DNA of 55,797 bases, taken from positions 1-55,797 of IMG/VR virus record IMGVR_UViG_3300018410_000011. One strand, written 5' to 3'. Source of the DNA: a virus. Taxonomy: Duplodnaviria; Caudoviricetes. Of this stretch, positions 29,901 through 39,576 are shown in pieces; within the stretch, counting starts at the first letter, position 1; each line of letters opens with the position of its first letter. The position numbers were made by a program, and so were the translations under genes. Below the pieces are notes generated by a model, which was not told the origin of the DNA, ran no database searches, and saw only the letters and a list, made by a program, of their open reading frames with translations.

Positions 29901-31031
29901 ATTATATCCACCAGCTAATTCTGCTAATTCTTCACCATAATTATTCATTATAGAAAAATATGTTAATGGTAATGATAATAAATTATTATTATCATATAAA
30001 ATATTTGATTCTATAGAAAATATATTAGATGCTAAATATAAATAACAATCAACTAATTGTGTTGATACGGTATTACCTATATCAAATGTTAAAGTATTTG
30101 TAGAACGATCTATATTAGTAATTATAAATTGTTGTTGGTTTAATAAATTTAAAGATGTACTTTTTTCTTTAAATATTACACTATCACCTATTTTAATAAA
30201 ATATGGAACATAAGGTATAGATACAGTATTAGTACTATTATCAAAATTAGATTCACCATCACTAATTAAAATATTAGATGTTTTTAATTGTATATTTATT
30301 TTGATTTTATCACCATCTGATGGAGTATAAAATAAGTCTGGAATGTTATAAGAATATCTATTTTTAGTATTTGTTTTTTTAGATATAGTATAAATACCAT
30401 CATTATCAGTATTTGATATTAAAGATATTTTTTTATTTTCATAAATATTTGTTAATGAATCATTCCATATCGGTTCATTATATTGTTGAACTTCAATAAC
30501 ATCTACTGGTATAATTTTAGCATTAGTTATATTAAAATTTGGTAATGCTGTAAAATTATTAGTACTTGTATAAACTAATATTTTATCTTTTTTAACATCT
30601 AATATTTTAAATAATTGGTAATTAGTATTTATAGTGTCGAAATCAGTATTATGATATGAATCTAATCCAGTAAAATAACACCACATTCCTGTATAAAAAT
30701 ATTTATGAATATTTTCTGATGATACCCATTTAGTATTATAATTAGAATCTATGATAGTACTTTCTATATTAGTTATAATAAACTCTATAGCATCATATTT
30801 AGGAAAAAAATTAAATCCATTAGTATTAAATACTTGAAATTTATTCAATGATGTATTAAATGTATTTTGTGTTCCTTCTATTTTTTCAAATGTATAAATT
30901 CCTTGTGTTTTAAATGTATCTGTTGAATTTTTATCAAAAAATAATGATGTATAATACATTTTATTATTCTCATCATAATTCATATTTAATTGATGTCCTT
31001 CTTTATTAAAGAATATTAAGTTTTCTTCCAT
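26949..31031 (-). CDS. large virion structural protein (baseplate wedge-like)
   Basis: 1360 aa, beta-rich and acidic; YLASYKSVIYAINFFGY and IIPIGTKI motifs; late motif. Confidence 0.55.
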   Translation of the reverse strand: MEENLIFFNKEGHQLNMNYDENNKMYYTSLFFDKNSTDTFKTQGIYTFEKIEGTQNTFNTSLNKFQVFNTNGFNFFPKYDAIEFIITNIESTIIDSNYNTKWVSSENIHKYFYTGMWCYFTGLDSYHNTDFDTINTNYQLFKILDVKKDKILVYTSTNNFTALPNFNITNAKIIPVDVIEVQQYNEPIWNDSLTNIYENKKISLISNTDNDGIYTISKKTNTKNRYSYNIPDLFYTPSDGDKIKINIQLKTSNILISDGESNFDNSTNTVSIPYVPYFIKIGDSVIFKEKSTSLNLLNQQQFIITNIDRSTNTLTFDIGNTVSTQLVDCYLYLASNIFSIESNILYDNNNLLSLPLTYFSIMNNYGEELAELAGGYNLEYNKEDNSLDLISIFTDNYSTISLSIININNVITDYTTSINTTIYDVTPLYVQEPLKELELLKKDSNLYTRIIEFYNIDNFGIKININSKNYYVPFNTDIDTTINDFVSTYQTELFNLGINISSTLNVLTLTNTYPNIPVYLNMLFGDGTIYDIKYLDINITNIKSQLLININEVDYIVPYNTSDAQTILDWYNTWYEELKLLGIIISVSNTIIFINILDPERQLDIFYNIGYIPKSGDLSILETLHAINYSGSVISGNEIICAPGLYNFLDYYSVGQKISINGSTYISQNKSFNIIGLTENIISLSYQGPFWNISLLDLDIESDFFIRYPKSGLDGINVQTKYKWTWKDTQINDMFLYDFSGTQLQPYTEYFPNYNGITPLCGENGEYDITLNYKPNTDINEISNPYKQQTIFDTITFDIPYINSNITNNQLEPDPMQIFIGYNTLNEGWTNARLYLEKIEDVVFSLTTTSVGSSYDDLFIFKDNYVEIQFSTNTIDFISLGFKTGQIIQFSSNDTSSDGQLLGKLSNNGIDYTIKEIYLNKLVFEENVIEETSVKSVVKNTLPFYDINGNLLYVNRLLNVNISVLPKQIAYFDLYGETEGVDIRHEININNKNLNILKLQDYFIFKEVDINENGIDWVLMNRKRKELIEIYPEIFNYLASYKSVIYAINFFGYNDLTFTEYFQNIDPENSKFGKLFNLELLNLLTKDSTEYLYSNLAYENYRNQGFRKTNLFSLNYKITDDNGNFINAYSLEEVKVKLLGLKRWLTENIIPIGTKILDINGKYKIQNNFILEHESYMTKNFRTEEYSDAISFHVTGYLQPISQGSNLYNISVQFISTNTNSEDIWFDYVIKTFNLSKWNNITYLPETILFHNNNIWINNVTSSPTDEPGINNIWEITTLDKLQNTQILRSSKNDLDPVSFSINQNIDPYFIVEVFWHSGYSNTKKMTKSYIIPNSNDNNINNYIINLGDYNDDYNDDFYI

Positions 31032-31103
31032 GAATTATATATTATATCTATATAATTCTGTTTAATTATTTAAACTAATAGTATAATTTATTATAAAATA
31101 TAT

Positions 31104-31652
31104 ATGGAAAATAAAACTCTACATATAAATTTATATGCTGGACCAGGTACAGGAAAATCAACAATGGCAGCTGATATATTTTCAAAATTAAAATATAAAA
31201 ATATTAATGCTGAATTAATAACAGAATATGTTAAAGAATTAGTTTGGGAAGAATCATTTAAAAAAATAACTAATCAAATATATTTATTTGCTAAACAATT
31301 AAAAAAACATTCTACTTTAGAAAATAAAGTAGATGTATTAATTACCGATTCAGCATTACCATTAGGATTAATTTATGATAATGGTAATACTAAGTATTTA
31401 AAAGAATTAATTCTTTCTGAATTTAATAAATTTGATAATTTAAATATTTTTTTAAAAAGAACTAAAAAATATAATCCTAATGGTCGAATGCAAACGGAAT
31501 TAGAAGCAATAGAAAAGGATAAAGAAATATTATCGTTTTTAGAAGAAAATAATATAGAATATATAACTATAGAAGCAACAAATACTGCTTATATAGAAAT
31601 ATTAAATATTATTAAAAAAAGAAGACCTAATTTATGGAACAACATACAGTAG
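31104..31652 (+). CDS. P-loop nucleotide kinase/ATPase (NadR/AAA_28-like)
   Basis: INLYAGPGTGKST, ITDSAL, YNPNGRMQT. Confidence 0.8.
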   Translation: MENKTLHINLYAGPGTGKSTMAADIFSKLKYKNINAELITEYVKELVWEESFKKITNQIYLFAKQLKKHSTLENKVDVLITDSALPLGLIYDNGNTKYLKELILSEFNKFDNLNIFLKRTKKYNPNGRMQTELEAIEKDKEILSFLEENNIEYITIEATNTAYIEILNIIKKRRPNLWNNIQ

Positions 31653-32440
31653 AAAGTATAAAAGAAAAACTAAAAGTATATAATGATAAAGATTTTAAAT
31701 TTGATCCTGAAAAACATGTATACACTTATAATGGTAATGTAATGAGAGGAACAACCGGATTTTTACATAATTTTGTAAAACCATTTGATTCCGATTATTG
31801 GTCAAAGAAAAAAGCAGAACAGGCTGGAATAACACAAGAAGAAATGTTAGCACAATGGGATGCAAAACGTGATAGATCATGTGACTTAGGACATATGGTA
31901 CACGATTATATAGAACATTTTTATGAAAATAATTCAACTAAATTAACAGAAGATGAAGAAGCTAATTTAAGAATTGCTAAATTTCATACTATTTATGAAA
32001 ATAAATTAAAAAACTTAATTTCAGTAGGATCAGAAATTAAAGTTTTCTCAAAAAAATGGAATTTAGCTGGAACAATAGATAAGATATATTTATATGAGAA
32101 TTCTATTATATTAGGTGATTGGAAAACTAATAAAGAAATCAAAACAGATAAATCATTTTGTTTCGGTAAATTATTAACACCATTTAATAATTACAAAGAT
32201 AATGAATTAAATAAATATTCTTTACAATTATCTATTTATGCCTTATTATTAGAAGAAGCTGGAATATATGTAGATTATTGTTTTATTTGTCATATACCAG
32301 AAAAAGGTGATTCTGAAATTTATAAATTAAAAGATTTTAGAGCTGAACTTAGAGCATACTTTACACATCAATTTTTAATGACTGAAGTTGTGGATATAAA
32401 TAAAGAAAAAGAATTAGTAAAAATGGAGGTAATATGGTAA
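31634..32440 (+). CDS. PD-(D/E)xK exonuclease
   Basis: G.MVHDYIE, SE, AGTID, GDWKT, YSLQLSIY. Confidence 0.85.
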   Translation: MEQHTVESIKEKLKVYNDKDFKFDPEKHVYTYNGNVMRGTTGFLHNFVKPFDSDYWSKKKAEQAGITQEEMLAQWDAKRDRSCDLGHMVHDYIEHFYENNSTKLTEDEEANLRIAKFHTIYENKLKNLISVGSEIKVFSKKWNLAGTIDKIYLYENSIILGDWKTNKEIKTDKSFCFGKLLTPFNNYKDNELNKYSLQLSIYALLLEEAGIYVDYCFICHIPEKGDSEIYKLKDFRAELRAYFTHQFLMTEVVDINKEKELVKMEVIW

Positions 32441-32442
32441 AT

Positions 32443-33216
32443 ATGATAACAGATATAAATTTATTTAGAATATATGAAAATTTTAAAGACTCAGAAAATA
32501 AATTAAATGAAGGATTAATTAAATCCTATCCTATAGATAAATCATTTGATATTTTAATTAATAAAACAGATCCTGTTTTAGATAATGTAAAAAGAGAATC
32601 TATGATACAAAATAATAAAATTATGTTATGTTGTAATAAACTAAATATTAGTGAATTTTTAGATTTATTAACTACAATAAATAACTTAGGTTATTTTATA
32701 TCAACTATTAAACCATATCAAAATACACCATTTAAATTTTTACAATTTAATGAGTTTAAAATAAAATTTTTTAATGAAAATAGTTTAAACAAATTCACAT
32801 CTTATGATATAATAATAGAAGCAAAGTTTGATATAATATACAAAACTAGTAGTAATAAATTATATCATGTAACTGAAGATATTTATGTTAATAAAATTTT
32901 TAAAAATGGTTTAATTGTTAAATCATATAATACATTATTAGATTATCCTGAAAGAATTTATTTAACAGATGATATACAACATAGTAAATTATTTATAGAT
33001 AAAAAGAAATTTTATTATAATAATTATCAAGATAAAAATATAGAAAGAAGAATAGGTAAAGATCAATATAGAAAAAAATCAGATAATGTTTATGTTATAC
33101 TTGAAATAGATAATTCTAATAAAGATATTATTTTGTATTTAGATCCAAATATGTCTAATGCATATTTTACTTTAAATACAATACCACCAAACAAAATTAA
33201 AAAATATGAAGAATAA
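32443..33216 (+). CDS. MITDINLF-leader protein with putative ADP-ribosyltransferase-like C-domain
   Basis: KLNEGL; LYHVTE..I.KNGL..YPERIYL..DPN; paralogue of 4111..4875. Confidence 0.6.
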   Translation: MITDINLFRIYENFKDSENKLNEGLIKSYPIDKSFDILINKTDPVLDNVKRESMIQNNKIMLCCNKLNISEFLDLLTTINNLGYFISTIKPYQNTPFKFLQFNEFKIKFFNENSLNKFTSYDIIIEAKFDIIYKTSSNKLYHVTEDIYVNKIFKNGLIVKSYNTLLDYPERIYLTDDIQHSKLFIDKKKFYYNNYQDKNIERRIGKDQYRKKSDNVYVILEIDNSNKDIILYLDPNMSNAYFTLNTIPPNKIKKYEE

Positions 33217-33219
33217 TAA

Positions 33220-33765
33220 ATGAATCGAGTAATAATAATAGAAGGTGTACGAAATGTAGGAAAATCATTCTTAATATCTAAAATAGATAAACCTGAAAAA
33301 TATAAATTTATGTTTTCAGATTATTTTGTAAATTCATTTATATATGATTTTGATGAAACTACAATTGAATGTAATGATAAAAAAGAATTACACTATTTTT
33401 TATTAGGAACTGATGTATCTTTTCTAAATTTAATAAAAGAAAAAATAATAAATAAAGATTTAATCATAGATCGTGGATTTATTTCAACATTAGTTTTTGG
33501 TATTCAAGCAAATAGAATTACTTATAAACAAGCATTAAATCAAGGAAAATATATTTTAGACAAATACGGAAATAATATTAAAATAATTTTAGTATCATCA
33601 GAATTTAAAGAAGATAATAGAAATAAAGACATGTGGTCTTTTTATAATCAAAAAGAAACTAATGATTTATATTTAAAATTATTAAAAGATTTAAATATAG
33701 AATACGTAATTTTTAATAATGAATTTAAAGAAAAAAATATAGAAGAATTTAGAAATATGTTTTAA
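33220..33765 (+). CDS. dNMP (thymidylate-kinase-like) kinase
   Basis: IIIEGVRNVGKS, IIDRGFIS. Confidence 0.7.
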   Translation: MNRVIIIEGVRNVGKSFLISKIDKPEKYKFMFSDYFVNSFIYDFDETTIECNDKKELHYFLLGTDVSFLNLIKEKIINKDLIIDRGFISTLVFGIQANRITYKQALNQGKYILDKYGNNIKIILVSSEFKEDNRNKDMWSFYNQKETNDLYLKLLKDLNIEYVIFNNEFKEKNIEEFRNMF

Positions 33766-33809
33766 TATTAAAAAAAAATGTTATATTTACACAACTAAAA
33801 TAACAATAT

Positions 33810-34505
33810 ATGAAAAGTATTAAAGAAATTGTTTTAAATTCTAATTATTCATTTGATTTTGATAATAGAAATAAAGCAGTTAAAAGTATTAATAATGTAT
33901 TAAATAATAGTAATATTGAAATTGTTTTAGCAAAAAAAGGATATAGTTGGAAATTAACAACTGGAATGTCTGTTAATTTAATTATTAAATTAAATGGTAA
34001 AAGAATAGGATTTGATTGTAAAGATATTACACCATATCGTATTCTTACAAATTTAGGATTTTTTCTTAAAAAAGATTGGGTTAAAGAACACATTTATTCT
34101 GAAGTTCAAACTAAATATAAATGTAGTAAATGTAATGGTACAGGATATTTACCAATGTTTGCACATTATGCTAATGGTGTTTGTTTTGATTGTATGGGTA
34201 TAGGTATTAGAGGAAAATTAAGTGTTAATAATATACAAGATCAAAAAAATCTAAAAGGACACCCATATTTAAGATCATTTTATGTTAGTAAAGAATATTC
34301 TACATATTTTCCTAATGATGTTAAAAAACTTAAACCAATTTCTTATATAAATCACCCTACAGCAGAAACATTTTTAGGAGAAAATGATACAAATTATTTT
34401 ATATATCAACCAGTTTGTCAAGCTAACTCATGGTATAGTATTCCTAAAAATGATTTTGATAAATTTAAAACTGAATGGAATAAATTAAAATATGATTTTA
34501 TTTAA
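33810..34505 (+). CDS. zinc-finger (CxxCxGxG twice) protein
   Basis: CSKCNGTG...GVCFDCMGIG. Confidence 0.7.
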   Translation: MKSIKEIVLNSNYSFDFDNRNKAVKSINNVLNNSNIEIVLAKKGYSWKLTTGMSVNLIIKLNGKRIGFDCKDITPYRILTNLGFFLKKDWVKEHIYSEVQTKYKCSKCNGTGYLPMFAHYANGVCFDCMGIGIRGKLSVNNIQDQKNLKGHPYLRSFYVSKEYSTYFPNDVKKLKPISYINHPTAETFLGENDTNYFIYQPVCQANSWYSIPKNDFDKFKTEWNKLKYDFI

Positions 34506-34524
34506 TTTTTTTTTTTTCTAGTAT

Positions 34525-34722
34525 TTAAAAATTATCATCATCTTCATCAAATTCTTCATCTTTGTCTGAATTAGCTAACATGATAGTATGATAAGTCATA
34601 TTTTCAATAGCATCTTCTAATTCATCACAAGTTCTAAGATAATTTATAATTTCATCAAGAGTAAATGATGGATTATAATTCTCGTTAATATTTTGTTTAA
34701 AAGTATTTATATTTGTTATCAT
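34525..34722 (-). CDS. small MITNINTFK-leader protein
   Basis: Start at 34722, MITNINTFKQNINEN; TAATATATA at 34737..34745. Confidence 0.7.
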   Translation of the reverse strand: MITNINTFKQNINENYNPSFTLDEIINYLRTCDELEDAIENMTYHTIMLANSDKDEEFDEDDDNF

Positions 34723-34759
34723 AATTATTTTATTTTTATATATTAAATAAAATATGATT

Positions 34760-35269
34760 TTATTTAATTTCATATTTATCTTTTAAATAATTATATTCTG
34801 GATTAGATTTTAAAATAAATAAATCACCATTAGTATTAGTTTTAATGTGATCTATATCATTTTCCAATTTTAATTTTTGTGCCATTTTAGGAACTTCATT
34901 TTTATTTAATGTTCTTCCAGGTGTTGTATACATATGACCAAATTCATGAATAAATTTTAATGTTATTTTATATCCTAATCCTTGATTTTGTAATGTATTT
35001 GATATATGTCGATGAGGATGATATAATTCATCATTAATAATTTGAATATCAAAAATTATTCCTTTATTTATTTCATTATCTGTTGGTAATTTTATACCTA
35101 AATGTATAATAGAATTATTATCATCACCTAATTCTATTAATTCAATATCTTTCCAATTAATATTTTTATAATCTTTATATTCTACTGTCTCATCAGGTAA
35201 TCTTAAACCAGGAAATAAATGAAATTCTTCATTTAATTTATTTTTAAATTCATTAATTGTCGTTATCAT
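34760..35269 (-). CDS. MITTINEFK-leader protein, GNAT-like
   Basis: KLNEE; TLQNQGLGYKI motif. Confidence 0.6.
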   Translation of the reverse strand: MITTINEFKNKLNEEFHLFPGLRLPDETVEYKDYKNINWKDIELIELGDDNNSIIHLGIKLPTDNEINKGIIFDIQIINDELYHPHRHISNTLQNQGLGYKITLKFIHEFGHMYTTPGRTLNKNEVPKMAQKLKLENDIDHIKTNTNGDLFILKSNPEYNYLKDKYEIK

Positions 35270-35892
35270 TCAATAGTTCTCTCTTTTATATTTAATATTC
35301 CTAAATAATCCATTTTTAAATCTTTTAATGACCATAACTCATTACTAATATCAGCGTCAGGTACGCAACTATAAAATTTCTTTTTATATTTTTCAGGTAA
35401 ATCAGATGGTCGTTTAACATTTAGTTTATTAAATATATTTAACTTAAGTGATTTTCTTATTTCTTTTATTTCATCTTTTTCTAATGATGAAATCCAAACA
35501 TTTAAATCAAATTTTACACCGTATTTATTATTAATTGAATTAGGACATTTTTGTTGTTGTTGTTTTATATTAATAATATCAATATCATCTGTCTTATCAT
35601 TATATAAATCAACACCATATACATAAAATAATCTAGTACTGTCATCCACACCCTTTAAACAATTATCGATAGAATTTGATAATGAAACTCTAGCTGTAAA
35701 ATCATCTTCTATAACTGAATTATTGTTTTGGTACGGGTTATTTGGTACTTTTGCTGTAAAAATAAAAGTACCATCATTATTTAATAATTTTTTATAAGAT
35801 AAATGAAAATATTTATACTCAGATTCTGCTTTATCTATAGTATAAATATTTTCATTTAATTTATTTCTAAATTCATTAATTGTCGTTATCAT
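35266..35892 (-). CDS. MITTINEFR-leader protein, possible ADP-ribosyltransferase-like fold
   Basis: YFHLS...EDDFTARVSLSNSI.NCL...VPDA..SNELW. Confidence 0.55.
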   Translation of the reverse strand: MITTINEFRNKLNENIYTIDKAESEYKYFHLSYKKLLNNDGTFIFTAKVPNNPYQNNNSVIEDDFTARVSLSNSIDNCLKGVDDSTRLFYVYGVDLYNDKTDDIDIINIKQQQQKCPNSINNKYGVKFDLNVWISSLEKDEIKEIRKSLKLNIFNKLNVKRPSDLPEKYKKKFYSCVPDADISNELWSLKDLKMDYLGILNIKERTIE

Positions 35893-36638
35893 TTAGCTGT
35901 AATAAATTTATTTTTATTTATATCATAAACTAACCAACCATCTTCACCTCTTCCAGGAATCCATTCACAATCTATTTCAATATTTATTAATTTTTCACAT
36001 TCAGAAAATTTATCAAATATATGATTTTTAATAAGATTTATTAAACCATTATCATCAAAAGGATTAGAATCACATAAATTAATTGCTATTTTATACTCTT
36101 CTTTATTAATATAAACATCACCATAATCTATTGATAATGTTTTAATACCATTTGAAAAATTTATTAAATTTTTCAAATTTATAATTTTATCAAATTTATT
36201 ATTAGATTCAATTGATTCTTTAATATATTCACCGTTTTTTAATACATCTATAAATTCTTGTTCGAAATTACCATTATTATCAAAAACAGTATATTCCGTT
36301 CTATCAATATAACATACTAATGGATAATTATCTTTAGAATTTATAGTAGTACCAAATTCATAATATTCATCATTTATTTTTATTGTATAATTAGAAATAA
36401 AAATAATTCCTAATAAATTATTTTGTTTTATATCAAATGGTTCTCCACTTTCTTCTATTACTATATTAATACCTTCTGGTAATTTATTTTCATGTATTAA
36501 TAAAGCTAATCTACCCATACATTTTAATAATTTAGATTCATTAAAAAAATCACGAGGAATTACTCTATGATAATTATAAATAGATTCATTTATTTTTTTT
36601 AATGTTATTAATTTATATTCATTAATCGTTGTTATCAT
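35889..36638 (-). CDS. MITTINEYK-leader protein
   Basis: KKINES; YHRVIPRDFFNESKLLKCMGRL domain; a second IKES site. Confidence 0.7.
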   Translation of the reverse strand: MITTINEYKLITLKKINESIYNYHRVIPRDFFNESKLLKCMGRLALLIHENKLPEGINIVIEESGEPFDIKQNNLLGIIFISNYTIKINDEYYEFGTTINSKDNYPLVCYIDRTEYTVFDNNGNFEQEFIDVLKNGEYIKESIESNNKFDKIINLKNLINFSNGIKTLSIDYGDVYINKEEYKIAINLCDSNPFDDNGLINLIKNHIFDKFSECEKLINIEIDCEWIPGRGEDGWLVYDINKNKFITAK

Positions 36639-36674
36639 ATAATTATATATTTATTTTTATAACAGACATTAATA

Positions 36675-37031
36675 TCATTTAAAATATCTAAAGCCTTGAA
36701 ATCCTTTCATTGTAATTGGATCAATTTTATAAAATTTACCGGTACGTTCAATAAATTTACCTTTCCAAATATTACCAGTAGTTGTACATTTAAACTCTTT
36801 TTCACTCAGTCCAGAGATAATATGGTAGCCTATAACATTACCATTATAACATATATAGCATTTACTTCCAATATTTGTTCTAGGGAAACCATTTGTCTTA
36901 AAATTTAAAACTTCACCATTTTCTGCTGCAATTAATTCTTTTTCATACTCATTCCATTTAATTGATTTAGGAATAGTAATTATAATGTCTTGACTCATAT
37001 ATTTTTTAAATTCGTTAATTGTTGTTATCAT
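36675..37031 (-). CDS. MITTINEFK-leader protein, possible PUA/ASCH-like fold
   Basis: Ends MKGFQGFRYF. Confidence 0.6.
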   Translation of the reverse strand: MITTINEFKKYMSQDIIITIPKSIKWNEYEKELIAAENGEVLNFKTNGFPRTNIGSKCYICYNGNVIGYHIISGLSEKEFKCTTTGNIWKGKFIERTGKFYKIDPITMKGFQGFRYFK

Positions 37032-37043
37032 ATAATTATATAT

Positions 37044-38195
37044 TTATTTTATAACTGACATTATTTGTCCTAAGTTGGACCAATCTAAATATTGCATATT
37101 GATAGCATCTTCTAATGTAATTACATGTAATTCTGTTCGTTCCGTGTCTTCTATATTTCCAAAAGTTTGACCAACACAAGATTTTATTTTATTCATTTCT
37201 AATTCTGATAAAGTATAAGAATATAAAAACGATTTATGTGTTAACATAGTAGAACAAATTTGTCTAGCACTTTCAAATATTAATTTTTCTATTTGTGGTG
37301 TAAATCCAGTTTCTTCTTCTAATTCATCAACCATAATTGTTTTAGGATCTACTCCTTCTTTTACGCTTGACCCACCTGGTAATTCATATACTTTACCTTT
37401 TGTATTATTAACTGGTGATCTAAATTCAGATACTAAAACTAATTCTGTTTTCATTATATCTTGATTTGGTAAGTATAAAACACATGAACTAATATCTGGT
37501 CTAGAAAATATAAATTCGTTATTTTTATATCTATTTTCATCACGGATATAAATATTAACCCATAAAGAAAAAGCAAATATTTTATTATTACTAGGAATAC
37601 GATAAACATTTAATACTTTGGCATCAGAAATCCAATTACGATTTAATTTTAATTGTTTATACCAAGATTGAAATTGTTCTGTTTTCCATATTTCTTGTGG
37701 TATAAATCTTTCTCCATCAATTCTTTTATAATCTTCTTGTGTTTCATATACATGTTTAATAGCAGAAAATAATTCATGATAAACTGGTACTTTTAAATCT
37801 TTTGCCCACCATTCTTGATAACGTACTGAATCTGCAGTTAATTCTGTAGACAAGATACATTTACCAGAATCTTTCCAGTAACCCCATTCATCATTCGTAG
37901 TTAACCCTAATAGTTCAGTCTTAGTATTTCTATTAATATGAAATAATATGTTATCTGACGCTCTTAAGGCACGAGTTTCCCATAATATTTGTGATTCATA
38001 ATTAAAATCTTCAAAATTTCCTTCTCTAGCTTCCGGTACAAATACGATACCATCATATCCAATTAGATTTAATATTTCTAATGCTTTAATTCTCCAACTT
38101 ATACCTACTTGTCCAGGTCTTAATGACGGACCAGCTAAAAATAAAGATTTATTAATTTCATTTGGTATAGATTCTTGTGCGTATATTATTTTCAT
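37044..38195 (-). CDS. nucleoside 2-deoxyribosyltransferase-like plus Nudix hydrolase fusion
   Basis: SLFLAGP..SWR..QILWE..TTNDEWG; ELPGG...ELEEETG. Confidence 0.8.
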   Translation of the reverse strand: MKIIYAQESIPNEINKSLFLAGPSLRPGQVGISWRIKALEILNLIGYDGIVFVPEAREGNFEDFNYESQILWETRALRASDNILFHINRNTKTELLGLTTNDEWGYWKDSGKCILSTELTADSVRYQEWWAKDLKVPVYHELFSAIKHVYETQEDYKRIDGERFIPQEIWKTEQFQSWYKQLKLNRNWISDAKVLNVYRIPSNNKIFAFSLWVNIYIRDENRYKNNEFIFSRPDISSCVLYLPNQDIMKTELVLVSEFRSPVNNTKGKVYELPGGSSVKEGVDPKTIMVDELEEETGFTPQIEKLIFESARQICSTMLTHKSFLYSYTLSELEMNKIKSCVGQTFGNIEDTERTELHVITLEDAINMQYLDWSNLGQIMSVIK

Positions 38196-38252
38196 ATTTA
38201 TTATTTAATGTTATATTTATTCTCTTGTATATGTTGTTTTATATACCATATT

Positions 38253-38822
38253 TTAATTAGTAGAATTTGCATACCTTGTATTATATAATTCTTTTAATTC
38301 TAACCAAAATTTATAGTATTTAGATGGAATTTGTTCTGGTTTATAATGTCTACTATAACTTCTAAAAGTTGATCCAACAGAATAATTTGATCCTTTATAA
38401 TATTCCATACTTTCTGCTTTTGTATTAATATCAATAGCATATGTTATATATGAACCATCATAAAAATGTCCTTCTAAAATATCATAATCTGAATTATGTT
38501 TAGTATGTGAATTGAAATTTATTCTAACAAAGGAATTTCCAGCATTCTCATTAATATTAGTATCAACAAATTGTTGAATATCTGTAAAATTTTCATCTGC
38601 TTCAATATAATTTCCGTCTTCATCCTTTTTCATCAATTCAATAATATCGTGTCCTTTGATAAGGGCATAATTGACCCCATTATGTGTGTAAGCGATTATT
38701 CCATTTTCTAATCTAGCATCAGGAAATTTTGTGGCAACCATAGCCACATCAGTATTGTTAAAGTTAGAAGCAGTTCCTAATTGCTCATTCAATTTTTCAA
38801 ATATTTTAAAATTAGTAATCAT
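38253..38822 (-). CDS. MITNFK-leader protein
   Basis: Start at 38822, MITNFKIFEKLNEQ; TAATATATA at 38840..38848; internal INEN. Confidence 0.7.
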   Translation of the reverse strand: MITNFKIFEKLNEQLGTASNFNNTDVAMVATKFPDARLENGIIAYTHNGVNYALIKGHDIIELMKKDEDGNYIEADENFTDIQQFVDTNINENAGNSFVRINFNSHTKHNSDYDILEGHFYDGSYITYAIDINTKAESMEYYKGSNYSVGSTFRSYSRHYKPEQIPSKYYKFWLELKELYNTRYANSTN

Positions 38823-38850
38823 GATTTTATGTTTTATTTTATATATTAAA

Positions 38851-39057
38851 TTATAAATAATTCTCCATATCAAACCATGATATTATTAATGCATTAATAA
38901 TTAGAACTAATGAAGAACATAGGTATGTATAAGTTAAAAAAATTGACACATATCCTATTGCTATTAATATAGCAGATATTAATACAATTATTAAAGGAAT
39001 TAATAATAATATTGCTCTGATTTTTATTTGTTGTAAGTATTTATTTACTTTTTTCAT
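38851..39057 (-). CDS. small two-TM membrane protein
   Basis: Two hydrophobic segments. Confidence 0.55.
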   Translation of the reverse strand: MKKVNKYLQQIKIRAILLLIPLIIVLISAILIAIGYVSIFLTYTYLCSSLVLIINALIISWFDMENYL

Positions 39058-39524
39058 AATTTTAAAAAATTGTTTATTTGGTTATTTATTAGTGTTTTAG
39101 TTTTATTATCTATAATTTCATTATCATTTATAAGATTATTGATAGACGGAAAATATAATCTATCATAAAATGGTATAGCTTTAAGATATAACATTACATC
39201 ACATAAATGATCTACTCCACGTACATTACCTTGTAATCCAGCTGCAATACCTGTGAATAATATATGTTTATCTTTAAATGTATTCATATTGCAATTATCA
39301 ATTAATAATTTTAATTGTCCAGGATATGATCCATTATATTCAGGAATAACGAATATTATTTTATTAGAATTGTTTATATTATTTTGTACTTGTAATATAT
39401 CTGTGTTTGGATATATTAAATGTGTATTATACATTTCATGTAATATTTGATAGTAATATGTAGAAAATATTTGACTCTTATTACCAGTTCTATTAGTACC
39501 GTTTATTATTGTTATATCATTCAT
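39054..39524 (-). CDS. NAD(P)H-dependent FMN reductase (flavodoxin fold)
   Basis: GTNRTGNKS, PEYNGSYPGQLKLLID. Confidence 0.85.
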   Translation of the reverse strand: MNDITIINGTNRTGNKSQIFSTYYYQILHEMYNTHLIYPNTDILQVQNNINNSNKIIFVIPEYNGSYPGQLKLLIDNCNMNTFKDKHILFTGIAAGLQGNVRGVDHLCDVMLYLKAIPFYDRLYFPSINNLINDNEIIDNKTKTLINNQINNFLKL

Positions 39525-39529
39525 AATCT

Positions 39530-39571
39530 TTATATAAAAATTTTAAACAATTGTTTATATATCATATATAA
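39530..39571. promoter_or_regulatory. divergent overlapping TAAAC-N18-TATAA promoters centred on palindrome TAAACAATTGTTTA
   Basis: Plus strand 39544..39571; minus strand 39557..39530. Confidence 0.6.
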
Positions 39572-39576
39572 AGTTT

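Noticed and set aside
31634-32440. Cas4 / CRISPR adaptation gene
   Set aside because: It lacks the four-Cys Fe-S cluster pattern and has no cas neighbours; it is a generic phage PD-(D/E)xK exonuclease.
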